DNA of 63,325 nt, counting the filler, from Saprolegnia diclina VS20 (taxonomy: Eukaryota), in assembly GCF_000281045.1 (NCBI RefSeq). It is 3 parts of one record of this genome, joined end to end, with 100 filler letters (N's around TTAATTAATTAA, not from the genome) between each part and the next. Parts side by side here need not be neighbours in the genome. Positions count along the whole stretch, not along the records: positions 1 to 14,740 come from NW_008246074.1; positions 14,841 to 38,159 come from NW_008246074.1; 1 more part is not named here. The stretch is one strand, 5' to 3'. The notes under the pieces are model-generated. The model was not told the origin of the DNA, made no database searches, and saw nothing but the letters and a program-made list of their open reading frames with translations. Position numbers and translations under genes: made by a program. The stretch's first letter is position 1. Every line of letters starts with the position of its first letter. This document shows positions 10,801 through 22,614 of the stretch, piece by piece.

Positions 10801-13329
10801 CAAGTGGTAGTTGCAGGGTGGCCGCCGTGACAGCGACGCCTGGTGCACCATCGTTGCCACCTCCACCACCGCCGTTGGAGCAGCAATAGTCCGTGGACCC
10901 GCCGCCGCCACCGCCCGCTGCAACCACGAGAAGTGTGTCTCCTAAAACATTCAATGTCGTCATCGCGATCGACGATGTATGTAGTCGTCCCTTACCCCGC
11001 TGCACAGTACTGGCACCGCCGCCACCGCCACCGGCAAAGTCACCACGACCACCATAGCCCCCACCACCGGTACCGCCGCTCCCTCCGCTGCGATAGCCGC
11101 GCCCACCACCGCCAATCGTGAGCAAGAAGACGTCGCCGGGTGTGACCGCGAACGGCGCCCGGCCAAACCCGCCGCCACCACCGGCGCTGCACGTTGGACA
11201 GACCTGGTTCTTGCCACTGCCTCCACCCCCACCCCACGCAAAGACGTCGATGTACGCCCACGACGTGCCCGTGTCGGGTGGGGGTACTGGAAACGTCTAC
11301 GCCAGACAATAATGTGCATGGATAGAGCGAACTCAACATGACACAAAGCTCCACCTGAGTTGTACCCGCCGACACGTCGAACACGAGCTCTTGAGTCCGC
11401 AGTCCAAGTGTCGAGTAGATGTGCAGCACGATCAATCCATTCTGTGATTGAAGGTCGGGTGATCTCGTCAGAAGTGTTGAAAATGCTACCTGGCCGTCGT
11501 TGCCGTCCACGCCGCCATTGGCAGTGCCGCCCATGTAGACCAGATCGTCGGCATTTGCGGCTGCAGATGATACTGTGCCCAACAGAATGCAACGGGCGTT
11601 GGGAAGCACAGTGACGTCGTCTGGCGGTGCCGGAAACTCGCGCCGGGCGCTGCTGCGAACGATGACGGACACAGCGTCGGCGCTCGCACCGATCGCGTTG
11701 ACCGCCGCCACGCGAGCAACGTACCGGGTGTAGGCCTGGATGTTGGCCAACTGCACGCTTGTAGCGTTGGTGAGCTAGGGCATTTGTCACCACCCGTCCA
11801 AACAACGATGGTATACAAACTTTCAGTTCTGTCCACGCCAAGCCATGCACCGGTTTGTACGCGACGCGGTATCCGAGGAGCGGTGACCCGCCGTCGTCAC
11901 TGCAGCGACCATGGGGCTATGGGAATGCCAAAAGAAATAGCGTACGTGGGCGCGGTGAAGGCGAGCGTGAGCTCCTCCGGCGTCGCGGTGTTCGCGACCA
12001 ACGTGACGGTCTGGGGCGGTGACGGCACCGACGCTTGTGTCATTGCTGTTAGCATCGGGCCCATTGGTCCTAGACCGACGGCATTGGCCGCTTGCACACG
12101 AAAGCTACGACATGTTGGCGAACGAGGTTGGTACACTGACACAATACAAGCAGGTGGCATGGGCCCGCAGGCTTCCGATCGCGGTCGTTGGCGACACGGT
12201 CGTCTGCGTCGACCACGCCGGATCAAAGTCGCAGTGGTAGCCGACCGCGTAGGCAAGAATGGGCAGCCAATCGGGTGTCTTTGGCGCGTCCCATGCTAAC
12301 GTCACACTGGTGTCGGTGCTCGAAACAGCGTGGAGTCCGCGGACAGCATCCGGCACGCCTAGCGTCATCAACTAAGGTAAACAAAATGTGACTTGGCATT
12401 GGCGTAGCTACTCTGAGCACACGTTAGCAGCGCGTCGGACTCGATGGACCACGGTCCCGACCCCTAGAAGCTTGTGAGGGCATCACATAGAACTGTGAAT
12501 GTACCGCGGCGTTCGCGGCTCGGACGCGCACGATGTAAGACGTAGCGTTGCGCAGTGGACCAAGTACATAGCCGCAGCTTCCTTCGCACATGGGCCCATC
12601 GCCACGGTTGAGAAGCACCGCGACGTCGCCGTTGTCGAGGTTGCTGCTGCGGATGCTCAGGAGTGGCCGTGGATGCTGCTCATGGAAGGTCACGTGCCAC
12701 TGGTACCCGCCGTTAACGTCCGGCCCGTCGCGCGCGACGCGGACATCGCGAAGGTCTTCGATGGCTTGTAGCGCTTGGCGAACTTGGTCGGCGGTCGCCT
12801 CGTACGAGAGGTGAGGCGTCGACGACCGCCCTAAGGTCATATAACGTTAGGCTCACAAGCGAGCTCGACGCTGCTTAATGTACCTGTCTCGACGTCGATG
12901 TTGACGACGCTGTCGTAAGAGCTAGAGAGCCGAAAGTACCCGCCGGCAATGACTGACGCTGCCGAGCGGCCCGTCGAGACGATGGTTTGCACTTGATACG
13001 CCGGGTTGGCCGAGACGCCGCCCGTGATGGTGTTGGACGCAGTCGTCCATTCGATCGAAGACACTGCACGGTACTGCAGTTCGTAGGCGACGACGGGCCC
13101 ACCGTCAGACCTACACGAGCGCGTTGAGCATGGCGGACGTCTCGATCATGGCATCGGACGTGGCAGCCGGCCACGTCGCCTTGAACGCAATCATAGGCAG
13201 CGTGCACATATGGCGCTCTAGCACCGGCGCGGTAGGCACCGTAGGAAGCATGTACGCGGCTATGGAGGCGACGAGCAGAAGCAGCGCGGCGCCATGCCGC
13301 TTCGACCCCATGGAAGCGGATCTATCCAT
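7853..13329 (-). CDS. Large, probably secreted multidomain protein: FN3 repeats, glycine-rich domain, Kelch repeats and a proprotein-convertase P-like domain; many introns
   Basis: Signal-like AALLLLVASIAA. FN3 motifs YIVRVRAANA, FRVQAANAVGLGP, YVARVAAVNAIGAS, GLLPATEYAVRV. Gly-rich AWGGGGGSG...LVVAAGGGGGG. Kelch motifs PSLRRGHS..VYLFGG, PSPREKHSA..LVFGG, PTPRYEHAA..FVYGG. P-like LTVTLVVQHACLSSLEIGLYGP...GVWTLQV. Start may be 13311. Confidence 0.75.
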
Positions 13330-14558
13330 TGTTTGAGGTTTGACGCGGTATCGAGTTTGAGAGTACATTCCGATGACGCGGCACAAAGATTCGAGATGGG
13401 TTGGAGTTTCGCAGACAAGGCCGGCGTTGACAACGGCGCAATCGTCACGTTGTGGGTGCCTTTGCGGAAGCATAGGACGCGCGCACCATCTCCAGAGTAC
13501 GTTATCTCGACCTTGTACCAACGCTAAAATGCTCTTCCTGGACGGTCGACGCGAGCATGACCCCTTTCCTCGCCCTGCTTCCTTGGCGAAATTCCCTCGT
13601 TCTGGTTCAGCCTTCCGACGAGCGAAGAATCAGGGCGTCACAGAAGCGTGCGCACTTGGCGTCTATTTTGTTGCCCTCGACCGGAGATTCCCACTGCCAC
13701 CAACATCAACTGAACTTACCGCCACCGCCTTTTTCACACGTGTGTGTTTTTGTCCGCTGGTGTGCTGTTTGGCTTGGCTGGACACACGCCACTTTTTGGT
13801 GTTTGATGGCTTGGCACTTTGCCTTGCATGACAACAGAAACATGTAATGCACCACCCTGTGCACCACCATTCAACAGCTCGATTGCTTCCCAGCCTCGTC
13901 GCTCTGTAGGCGACGACGAGATAGAAGTTACGTCGCTTCAACCAGAGCGGCTTAATGGGCAGCAGCGCTTCAACAATCGCGCACCGATCACGGAAAGAGG
14001 GTGGTTGGCCACCGCGCCTATCAACACGACTTCACCCCACTGACATCACCCCGCAATTTATGTTTGTTGCCGCCTGGATGCTACGTCGATCGACGAGCTA
14101 CATGTAGATCGATACACTTCAATGTGCGCACAGTGAATAATTTGCGTGCATTTAGCCTCCCGTTCGCACACGGTGAAAAGCAATTGGCTGCTGCGATCGC
14201 CGGCCACGACGGCGCTATCCCACTGTGCAGATTCCATGGCGACGACCGATCGAATCTGCAAAGATTCCAGTCGTGACATGTGGCGACAAAGGTAATTTGA
14301 ACCTACACAGGACCACGAAATGGCTCAAACCTTATGTTGAATTGTTCCTCTAACGGCGACCCAGTTCTTTGTGAGGTCCCATCACAGGCAGCCTCGGCGG
14401 TGCACGACATCCATTAGTGAGATTCTACCGCACGCTGTATTGAATCTCTGTTTCAAGCTCAAGAATCTACGGCCGCAAGCCACTCGGACCAAGAAAAGAC
14501 GTAACACGCCAGAGGCCCTGCCTGAGGCCAGGGAGATTGTGTGCCGAGGACCCCTCTC

Positions 14559-14574
14559 CTCACTTTTCAATTTC
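14559..14574 (+). promoter_or_regulatory. Oomycete INR+FPR core promoter element
   Basis: CTCACTTTTCAATTTC just upstream of ATG 14583 resembles the oomycete YCAYTYNNNAWTTY-type motif. A similar TCACAATTCAATTTG precedes the other PHO84 copy on the minus strand (525-539). Confidence 0.6.
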
Positions 14575-14582
14575 ACTCGATC

Positions 14583-14740
14583 ATGTCGACACCGATCGAG
14601 CCCGCGCAGAACCGCCGCGAGGTGTTTGCCAACCTCGATCAGGCCACGTTCTCCAAGGCGCATCTCCGTGCGATGCTTGTCGCTGGCTCTGGTTTCCTCG
14701 TCGACTCGTACGACAACTTTGTCATTGGCCTCATCGTGCC
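14583..14740 (+). CDS. PHO84: Second PHO84-type phosphate transporter, 5' end only (runs into gap)
   Basis: MSTPIEPAQNRREVFANLDQATFSKAHLRAMLVAGSGFLVDSYDNFVIGLIV. 14641-14740 is the exact reverse complement of 364-463. Confidence 0.88.
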
Positions 14741-14840
14741 NNNNNNNNNNNNNNNNNNNNNNNNNNNNNNNNNNNNNNNNNNNNTTAATTAATTAANNNN
14801 NNNNNNNNNNNNNNNNNNNNNNNNNNNNNNNNNNNNNNNN
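14741..14840. other. Assembly gap with artificial TTAATTAATTAA linker (14785-14796)
   Basis: N44-linker-N44 layout; the linker places stops in all six frames and recurs at 38204-38215. Confidence 0.95.
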
Positions 14841-17094
14841 AAGAGCGTTGTGTGGACCACGTCGTTCCTTCGCTGCAGCGCAACGGGCATGCGCTGGTGC
14901 CACTTGTGCTGCATCCACCATAGTATCTTGGGTTTCTTGCGCGCGAGCGTCTGGAGGTGGATCACGCTCTGTAGCTTCTGAAGCGCGGGCTTTACGCGGC
15001 TCGTTCTTAGCCGTGGTGACGCCTCTTGGGTCGGCTCCTCCAACGGTTTGCTCGGCGCGGCGGCTCGCGGCATGAGCGAGACGGCCCGGGGAAAGAGCTG
15101 TGCCAATGGCGGTGCGCTCGGTGTCGGCAAGTGGCTACTCAACGGCGTCACCTTCATCGGACTGCGCACTGCGAGCAGCTGCGGCGTCCATTGGTCATCT
15201 ATAAAGGAGCTGCGCGTATGATTGGTGACGAGCGATCGCGCCGGGTCCCTTTTTCGCGGCGGCGAGAGCGGGATGACCATGAGCTCGCCGCAGAGACCGC
15301 CTCGGCCCACGTTCATAATGACCGCGTTGTCGTCCAGCGCATTGCTGTCACCAAGAAAGTAAACACGGTCGCGGGCCGTCGAGGGCTTGCGCGGGGACCG
15401 CCCGTCGACGCTCAAGTTGGTATCTATCACATGTACTGTAGCAATGTCTTGAAAACGACGATACTAATGTACCGAGTGGGGTCTGGACCGCGGCGGCAAA
15501 GATACTGCCGTTGGTGCACGGACGTGTGTGCCGGTGTCGACTTGATGATCCGCGTGTCGGCGGTGCGACGCCACTGTGAGAGAGTGCGAGCTGCGACGCC
15601 CCCCACACAATGGCCGTCTTGGGGGGGCTTCCCCGTGGCATCAGCATCGGTGTTGACGTTAGCGTCACTTGGCTGCGAGTTGGGGGCATCTTGACAAAGC
15701 GGTACCGCCACGGCGAGATGCGAGGAGTCAAGCAAAGGGCGGTCCGTGCCTCGGTTGCTGCTGTGACTCGGTCGTCCACGGCGCTACATAGCTCGGTGCG
15801 ACGTCGGTGACTGGAAGGGTCTTCCTCATCGAGCTTGCCATTGTCGATCTGATTGTCGATATGACGACGCGCGAGCGATGGCAGGTTCGTCATGTTGGCA
15901 CCGGATGTTACAGGGGCCAACAATGCGGCCACTTCGACACGGGGCGGTGCAAGGCTTGGTAGAGTCGACGCCATTGTGTGGGCGACACTCGTTTTGATAT
16001 AGCCTTCCGGCAAAGGTGCCACTGCGGCGGCGCATTCCACAACGCGAACATCGCCGTCCTTCTCCGAGCCGTCGCTGCCAAGGGAGGTATCGGACGTGGC
16101 TTCAATGACTGCGCTGAGGGGCGATGGTGCGTGCAGCGGCGGTAGCTTGAGCGGTTTCCCCGCTTGCTCAATCTTAAGCTCAATCTCGGCGATCGTGAGT
16201 GGATGGTTGCGGACGAGCGATACAATGTCCTTGAAGGAGACGTCTAGTTGTGGCGATTTGAGTTTGCGCTGTAAGAAACAAAATGCACCCGAGAGGTGGC
16301 GCAAAATGGCTCGGCCTCCGCTTGGCGGATAGTCCATGACGCTCTTCCAGAGCAGGTAGAGCATGTTGGCGTACTAGTGACGTATTTGAAACTCAAGCCC
16401 GTGTCGGTACGAGTCGTACGTCCTCAATCTCGATCGAGTCGCACCAGATATCTACGCTCGCGTTCAGTTTTAGTAGCATGGATGCAAGGCAGCACCGATG
16501 AGCTCAAACAACGACTCGTGGAACGGCGGGTACTCGATGTACGCCTCGTGGGCCGAGACGTCGTGGGACCAGTCTTCCTACTTGTCTTGTGAATAACACG
16601 ATCGACGATCACCATGCGACGTACTTGGATTTGCGCTACTGACTCGTCGAGGGCGAAGAGCTCGATGAGAACCTTGTGGATCAAGAGAAAGAGCTGTTCG
16701 TAGCCCTTGTAGTTCATTGCGATTGCAGGCGACACGACGATGGCTTTCCAGAAGAGCCGCGTCAGCCGCGCCATGGTCGGGTGCGGCCGCAAGCTCATGC
16801 GCACCTTGAGGTTGTCCTATACCCGTCAACTCTCTTAAATAAGAACCGCCACGATAGGACAAGGTACATCCGAGTAGAAATCGAGGTCGCCTTGGACGTA
16901 GTACGCTGGTGGTGGCTGGTCGGGCGCGACCGTCAAGATGACGCGACTAGCGAGTGTTCGAGCGCGCTGAAAGCAAAGTGGGCGTACCCGCTCGCGGCCA
17001 AGTCCAGCGCTTGCTTGCGCATGTCTTCCATCTCCTTGCGCGTGACGAGCCCGATCGACGCGTCAATCGCGGCTTCATGGCGCCCGCGCATCAT
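14841..17094 (-). CDS. Hypothetical protein, multi-exon, 3' end in gap; conserved-looking helical N-terminal domain and low-complexity C-terminus
   Basis: MMRGRHEAAIDASIG..., VRMSLRPHPTMARLTRLFW..KGYEQLFLLIHKVL, EDWSHD..YPPFHESLFEL, IWCDSIE, MLYLLWKSV. GT-AG introns lie between these blocks. Confidence 0.65.
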
Positions 17095-17653
17095 GCTGAA
17101 ACGACGATCGCCACACGGCTAAATTTGTAGTTGAGTTTCAAACCACGAAGGGTGTCGCTGATCACTCGTGGTATGACATGTAATGAATTTGCAAACACTT
17201 GTACCCGGAGGCTCTTAATTAGTTAACACTGTTGGTTCTGTCACAATGTCGGTGCGGAATGTTCAATGGTCCCCTCGAGTGTTGTCGTTCGGTGCGCAAG
17301 GGTGCAGTCGATAGTCGATCGTGTATATACTTTTTCCTATCTCGTGGATAAGACAATGTGTGCAAACGAAGAGATAGAATGGCGACTGCACATTGGACAC
17401 AGTCAGTGTCGCATAACTCGAGGTGATTGGTTGATGTCGTATCGCCAGTCCAAGCCATTCCAATTCTAATGGCTCTCAAGAGCACCCTTCTCATGGTCCA
17501 CACGACCCTGTATAATCGTTTACGTCCCATACTTGAGACCTTAAACAACAGCAGTATCCCAGTATTTTGCACTACAAAAAGCTCAATATGGAACCTGACT
17601 CGGTTGGAGAATGGAGAGGAATGAATGGACCTACATTCGCTGACGACTAAGAA

Positions 17654-18557
17654 ATGACCACATTGCCGTATTTTCCCATGTGCCCGCCGCAGACGCCCGA
17701 GTGGACGGTGCGCGAGTTCCCGCCAATCGTCGGCCTCGACTTCCTCGAAGCTATCGAGCGCACGCGCTTTGTCTTGTCATTTCTCTGGTGCGTCGTCGTC
17801 GTCACACCGGTCGCGGCGGCCATGAGCATGACGCCAAGCCCGTCCTCCGTCGCCCTGCCGACGTTGTCGGCACCATGGCGTAGCCCCATCGTGTGGGGTG
17901 CTGTGTTTGTGCTGGCTGTCTTTCTCAAGTTCTCGGTACTGTCAGCTTTGTTGTACTCGACGGCGTGGACATTAGTGTCGTAGATTCGGTACTGCAGCAC
18001 GTGGCCAAACGCACGCCGGTCGGGCCCCTACTACTGGCAGCAGGTATTACTATAAACGACATATATGTCAGTGCAAAGTGATCGGATGGGCTGTAGATGT
18101 ACGGCACGGACGCCCGGCACATGACGCTGGGTCACTTTATTCGCTTGACCGAGTACCACATGGAAAAGTTTGGGTCGCAGACGTCGCTGGAAGGAATTCA
18201 AGTGCACTACTGGACGCGCTGGTCGATTTGGTCGGTGGTTGTGCTGACGTTTCTGGTACGAACCCAGTTCAGATCTAGGAAGATTTTTGGCATGAGTAGG
18301 CGACGATCGTCTGGTACAACCAGATCGTGCTCGATGCACCGACAATCTACCTTCTTGGTGTCGTGGCTGTGACCACGGTGACGGTCGCGCTGCAGTACCT
18401 CTATGTGCAGCTTCCACTCTACGCTGCGTTGTACCTCTGCCCCGAGGTAGCCATCTTTTCCCTCATACATAATTGCACTGGTATTGAGAGACACCATGTG
18501 TAGCTTGGCCTGACTGCGATGAGCGACGAGCGTATTCCGTTCGCGATGCCCGTCTAA
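17654..18557 (+). CDS. Unrecognised multi-pass membrane protein, paralogue A (5 exons)
   Basis: Exons 17654-17935, 17984-18043, 18097-18255, 18300-18447, 18504-18557 approximately splice in frame with GT-AG introns. About 4 hydrophobic segments; ends ALYLCPE|LGLTAMSDERIPFAMPV*. Confidence 0.7.
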
Positions 18558-18787
18558 GTCCTTTGTCGCGCTGTCGTTTAACGTGTACCGAGCGCCGTAG
18601 TAGTGTATACACTGCAACTAGGTTCTAAAGCACTCTGCTCGATGCAGCCCAAGTACCGATGCAGCACTAAGCTTTTGGCGCACGCGTGCAGGTTTGCGGC
18701 TTCAACGGTCCATAAGCAATGCATTTCTTATTGGCCCTTGACGGCTTTCATTCTGCCAAGCGCCATGTTGAGCCTGTGATCTCCAAG

Positions 18788-19090
18788 GTGCGCTGCAGTA
18801 CGTGGCACACGCACGCACGCCCCCATACGTGCCACTTTCAGTCGCTGTTCATACCAGGTATAGCTGCAATGCTTCTTGTCACTTGGACGTGAGGATGACG
18901 CTCGTCGGACCAATTCCGGTATGGCTGGTGTCGAGAAGGACTCTGCTGTACTAGTACTGTCGTTCTAATACGGGCAACCTGCTTGACGACACCGCCATCA
19001 GCTTCATGGAGGCCTCGACCATGCCTGCTCTTGTCAATGGCGCTCGCAGCGATCTCGAGTACCCTTGCGGACTCTGGCTGTGGGCCTGAA
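18788..19090 (+). pseudogene. Possible decayed third copy of the membrane-protein family
   Basis: After an AG, reads VRCSTWHTHAR (compare IRYCSTWPNAR in A); later LSMALAAISSTLADSGCGPE (compare CPE). No clean gene model. Confidence 0.3.
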
Positions 19091-19297
19091 ATCGAAAAGT
19101 TGAGGTACATGTGGGACTGTGCTCGATTGTGTTGATTTTCGCACCTCTTGGGCTCGACATCTCTGCTCAAAGACGCGAGAGATGCTCGTAGTGTTGCTAT
19201 AGACGTGTGTGAATTCACCAAGATGTGGCTTGCGACGGATTGTATCATTGCAAGTCGTGCCGGCTCAGAGTTCTTTTGGCTGTGAGAGGAACGACGC

Positions 19298-20145
19298 ATG
19301 CGGGCCTATTCTCTCTTGTCGACTTGCCCCCCGTGCCTCTCGGACGACTTTCTCGATGTTCTCGAGCGGCGAGCGCTTTTCATCTATAGCATTCCGGCAG
19401 TGATGAGCTCGCTTGTTCTGGTCGCTGGTATCTACTGCAATTCCCAGCCGCCCGAAAATACGAGTTTCGAGGCGATACGAAGCTCTTTAGCATTCATGGT
19501 TGGGTTCTATGTGCTCTGGATCATCTACACTGTGGTGCGTACTACATCTTTCGACTCACTCGAATCATTCAAATGCAGGTTCGGTACTATGTGCTCTGGC
19601 CGCGCTATCGGGTCGCCCGTCATGTGCAGTGGCGCCAGGTGCTCCGTCCGTATAGGCCAAGTGCGTCTGACAGCCGTGGTGTAGTTGCCGCCAGAGAAGC
19701 GGCGCGAGGCCATGAAGGAGACGCGATGGTACATGCGAACTCAGATTCCTCTGTGCGTCCGGAACGCGTCGGCGTCAGTCGTTGTTGCCATCTACGGCGC
19801 TTCGACTGTCCTCGTCTTTCTCGTTCTTGGTTGGTTTCTCGTTTGTTCTTCACTGTACCGTCTCGTGCTTGTATTATCGGTGTAGTGCACAATTGATGCC
19901 CTAGACAGTCGCTCCAACGAGGCCCACTATGTGCCGTTCTGTGTCGCACTCGCGGTCAGCATTTCGTTCGCTGCGCTCACCGTTGGCGAACACCTTGTGA
20001 CGCTGCCGTGGTTCTTCGCGCTGCGTGATTGTCCCGAGGTAGAACCGCGGGACCGGTATCGTTACGATATGTGTAGGTCGGACGTGACTACGACGGGCGC
20101 TTGCGCTACGAAGCAACGCCATTGCTGTCTCTCTCCGAGTGGTAA
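19298..20145 (+). CDS. Unrecognised multi-pass membrane protein, paralogue B (5 exons)
   Basis: MRAYSLLSTCPPCLSDDFLDVLERR...; 60-nt exon 2 VRYYVLWPRYRVARHVQWRQ; ends TLPWFFALRDCPE|VGRDYDGRLRYEATPLLSLSEW*. The exon 3 donor is uncertain. Confidence 0.65.
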
Positions 20146-20564
20146 GCGTGGAGTGCGAGCACGAACACTTAATTCTCGGCATTTGTCTAGTCTCGAGGCG
20201 TAGCCAGTAGTGGTGTTTTGATCGCGCTCGGTTTGAAATACGTATCCAAAACGATGTGTGTTCATTGTGTCACTTGAACGACGCGCGTTCATTGGTCCGA
20301 TCTTGACAACCATAACGATACCATGAGCCAATCAGCATCGCGCTTCATTTTCATTCTCACCATCACAAGCAGTGAGATTCCCTGTTCTGTTCGGGTGACT
20401 CGGGAAAGAGACAACAAAATGTCCTTGACACTCGCGACGACGAGGGCCGTGCAGTCATTGCACTGCCATCCAGAGAAATGTGCCACAAATTTAACTGGTA
20501 AACATTTGCAACGAATCCTTTAACGTTATGGTACCAAATGTGTCATTTATGGCCTTGTAGGACC

Positions 20565-21981
20565 TCACATAGCCAAGTCGTCGGCCGACCAGACGTGGAA
20601 CGAGTGGTCGTAGAACGACCCACTGCCGACCGTGCGCGTCGACGGCTCGCCGTACCACCAGTCGACGCCGTACGCGAGCGACGTTTGCTTGGTGTAGTGC
20701 ACGCGCATGTCGGAGCCTTCGGGCGACATGTCGAGGATCTGGAACCCGTTGTGCATACACGCCGCGAGGAGCCACGTCTACACCCAGAGATATATCTATC
20801 CGATCGCATAGCAAGTTAAACTATACCTTTTGCTCGGGATGCCACTTGAGACGCCAGACGCCGCCGCCCGTCTCGTGACGCAGCAGTGGCGTCGACATGT
20901 GGCGTGCGTCCCAGAGCGTGATCGCTTCGTCGTAGCTGCCGACCGCCACCAAGTGCTCGTCGAGCGGGTGCGACTGCACGCTGCAGACGCCCATCGAATG
21001 CACGTCGCGCTTGAGAAAGGTCGGTCGGTCCATGCGAAGATCCCATCTACGCCGCATCGTACCTGATTCACGCCAAGACATTGTACCCTTTGAAGACGGC
21101 GTCGTCCCCGCCCGAGTAGAGTACGTGCTCCACGTGCGCATGCCACGCCGTGATCCACACCTCAATGTCTTGCCCAAACATGTCGTGGGCGCGCCACTAT
21201 GCCATGGCTTCGTTATAGATCTGTCGTCTCAAGATATGGATAGGATGGATGCTACCTCGCGGATGGCCTCGAGGCCGGACGGCGTCTGTTGCCACACCGA
21301 GAGGTTGCTACGTGGCATATTGAGCAACCGAGCAAATACGTCAAGCATGATTCTCGACCTGTTGGACTGGCTCACGGCGATCTTGGGGTCGGGCGTCGCG
21401 TGCACGCGGTTGCTCCAGTCCTACGTGCCGAGGCAGGTCATGGTCGGCGATAAAGCCGCAAGCGTACAAGCGACAAGAACATCGTGTCCGAGACAGGCGT
21501 CNNNNNNNNNNNNNNNNNNNNNNNNNNNNNNNNNNNNNNNNNNNNNNNNNNNNNNNNNNNNNNNNNNNNNNNNNNNNNNNNNNNNNNNNNNNNNNNNNNN
21601 NGACCCAAGGCTAAACGAAGCGAATCATCAAGGTACCTCGGACCACGCGAGAAGCTCGAGCGTGCCAGCCGCCGTCGCGAGGCCCAGTAGCGCCTTCTCG
21701 TACACGCGGTCGCGCGACCACTTCATGTCAAAGATGCCACTCTGCATGACATGCGTCGCTACGTCGGTCACGGCGACGGCGTTCGCGGCGTCGCGTGATA
21801 ATGCATGGAGCCGCACCGTACCCCTGCGCGTGTCGGGCAGCGGCGTCTCGCCAGGCGCCGCCGGGTGCTTGGTCAAGTGGTACGTACCGACGGCCACGAG
21901 GTGCTCGAGGCCCGGCACGGGGCAGCTCTCGACGCAGTCGGCGTGCAGCTCCGTGTCCCGCGTCGCGTGCGTCGTGGTCAT
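20565..21981 (-). CDS. DPH7: Diphthine methyl ester hydrolase (WDR85/DPH7), WD40 protein; contains gap 21502-21601
   Basis: DTELHADCVESCP..VAVGTYHL, SGIFDMKW, HSMGVCSVQSHP..VGSYDE..LWDARHM..GGGVWRLKWHP, CMHNGF, SLAYGVDW, SFYDHSFHVW. Confidence 0.92.
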
Positions 21982-22614
21982 CGCGCTTCAATTTCAATTG
22001 TAACACCCATAACAGTGTTAGAATTGTGCCAGAGTGTTGCGACTAGATGCACGCCACTTCGAACGTACCCCTTGAGCTACAAGGACTTCTCTATCGACAT
22101 GATCCCGTGCGTATGCGAAGTCGCATCCCCATTTCCAAGCGAGACGGTGCGTGTCATGAGCGATGTATAGCAACAAGACCCTCTGTCTAAGGCCTTGATG
22201 GTGGCGGGTCTAAAATGGCGTGCAACAAGCCATAGCTTAGAGCAATGTCATGCATATCTAACACGCGAGTAACACTCACGTCTCGTTGGTCAGAAATGAA
22301 GCGAAGTTCGAAGTCCACCTCGTGGTCCAGTATGCGAGCTGGTATCCGACACGTCTCCGCCCTCAAGCAGCCTCCAGGCGTATAATCACATTCGCTCGGA
22401 CGTGCGCTCGCAAGAGGCGCCTTCCACGCTCCTCGAGGAAGAGCAAATGACGTGGCAAACCGAGATTGCGCTACAGGCAACGCGACCAAGATGACGCAAA
22501 TCTTCGAACGATCGAAGAACTGGCGTCTTGGCCAATCACAAGCGGCGGAAGAGACACTGCAGGAGATTGCGGATGATGCAGCAGCAAGCCCGTGGCGGGC
22601 GGCCTGGCGCGACC

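Noticed and set aside
14785..14796. TTAATTAATTAA palindrome within Ns (also 38204-38215)
   Set aside because: Artificial six-frame-stop linker; adjacency across these joins is not reliable biology.
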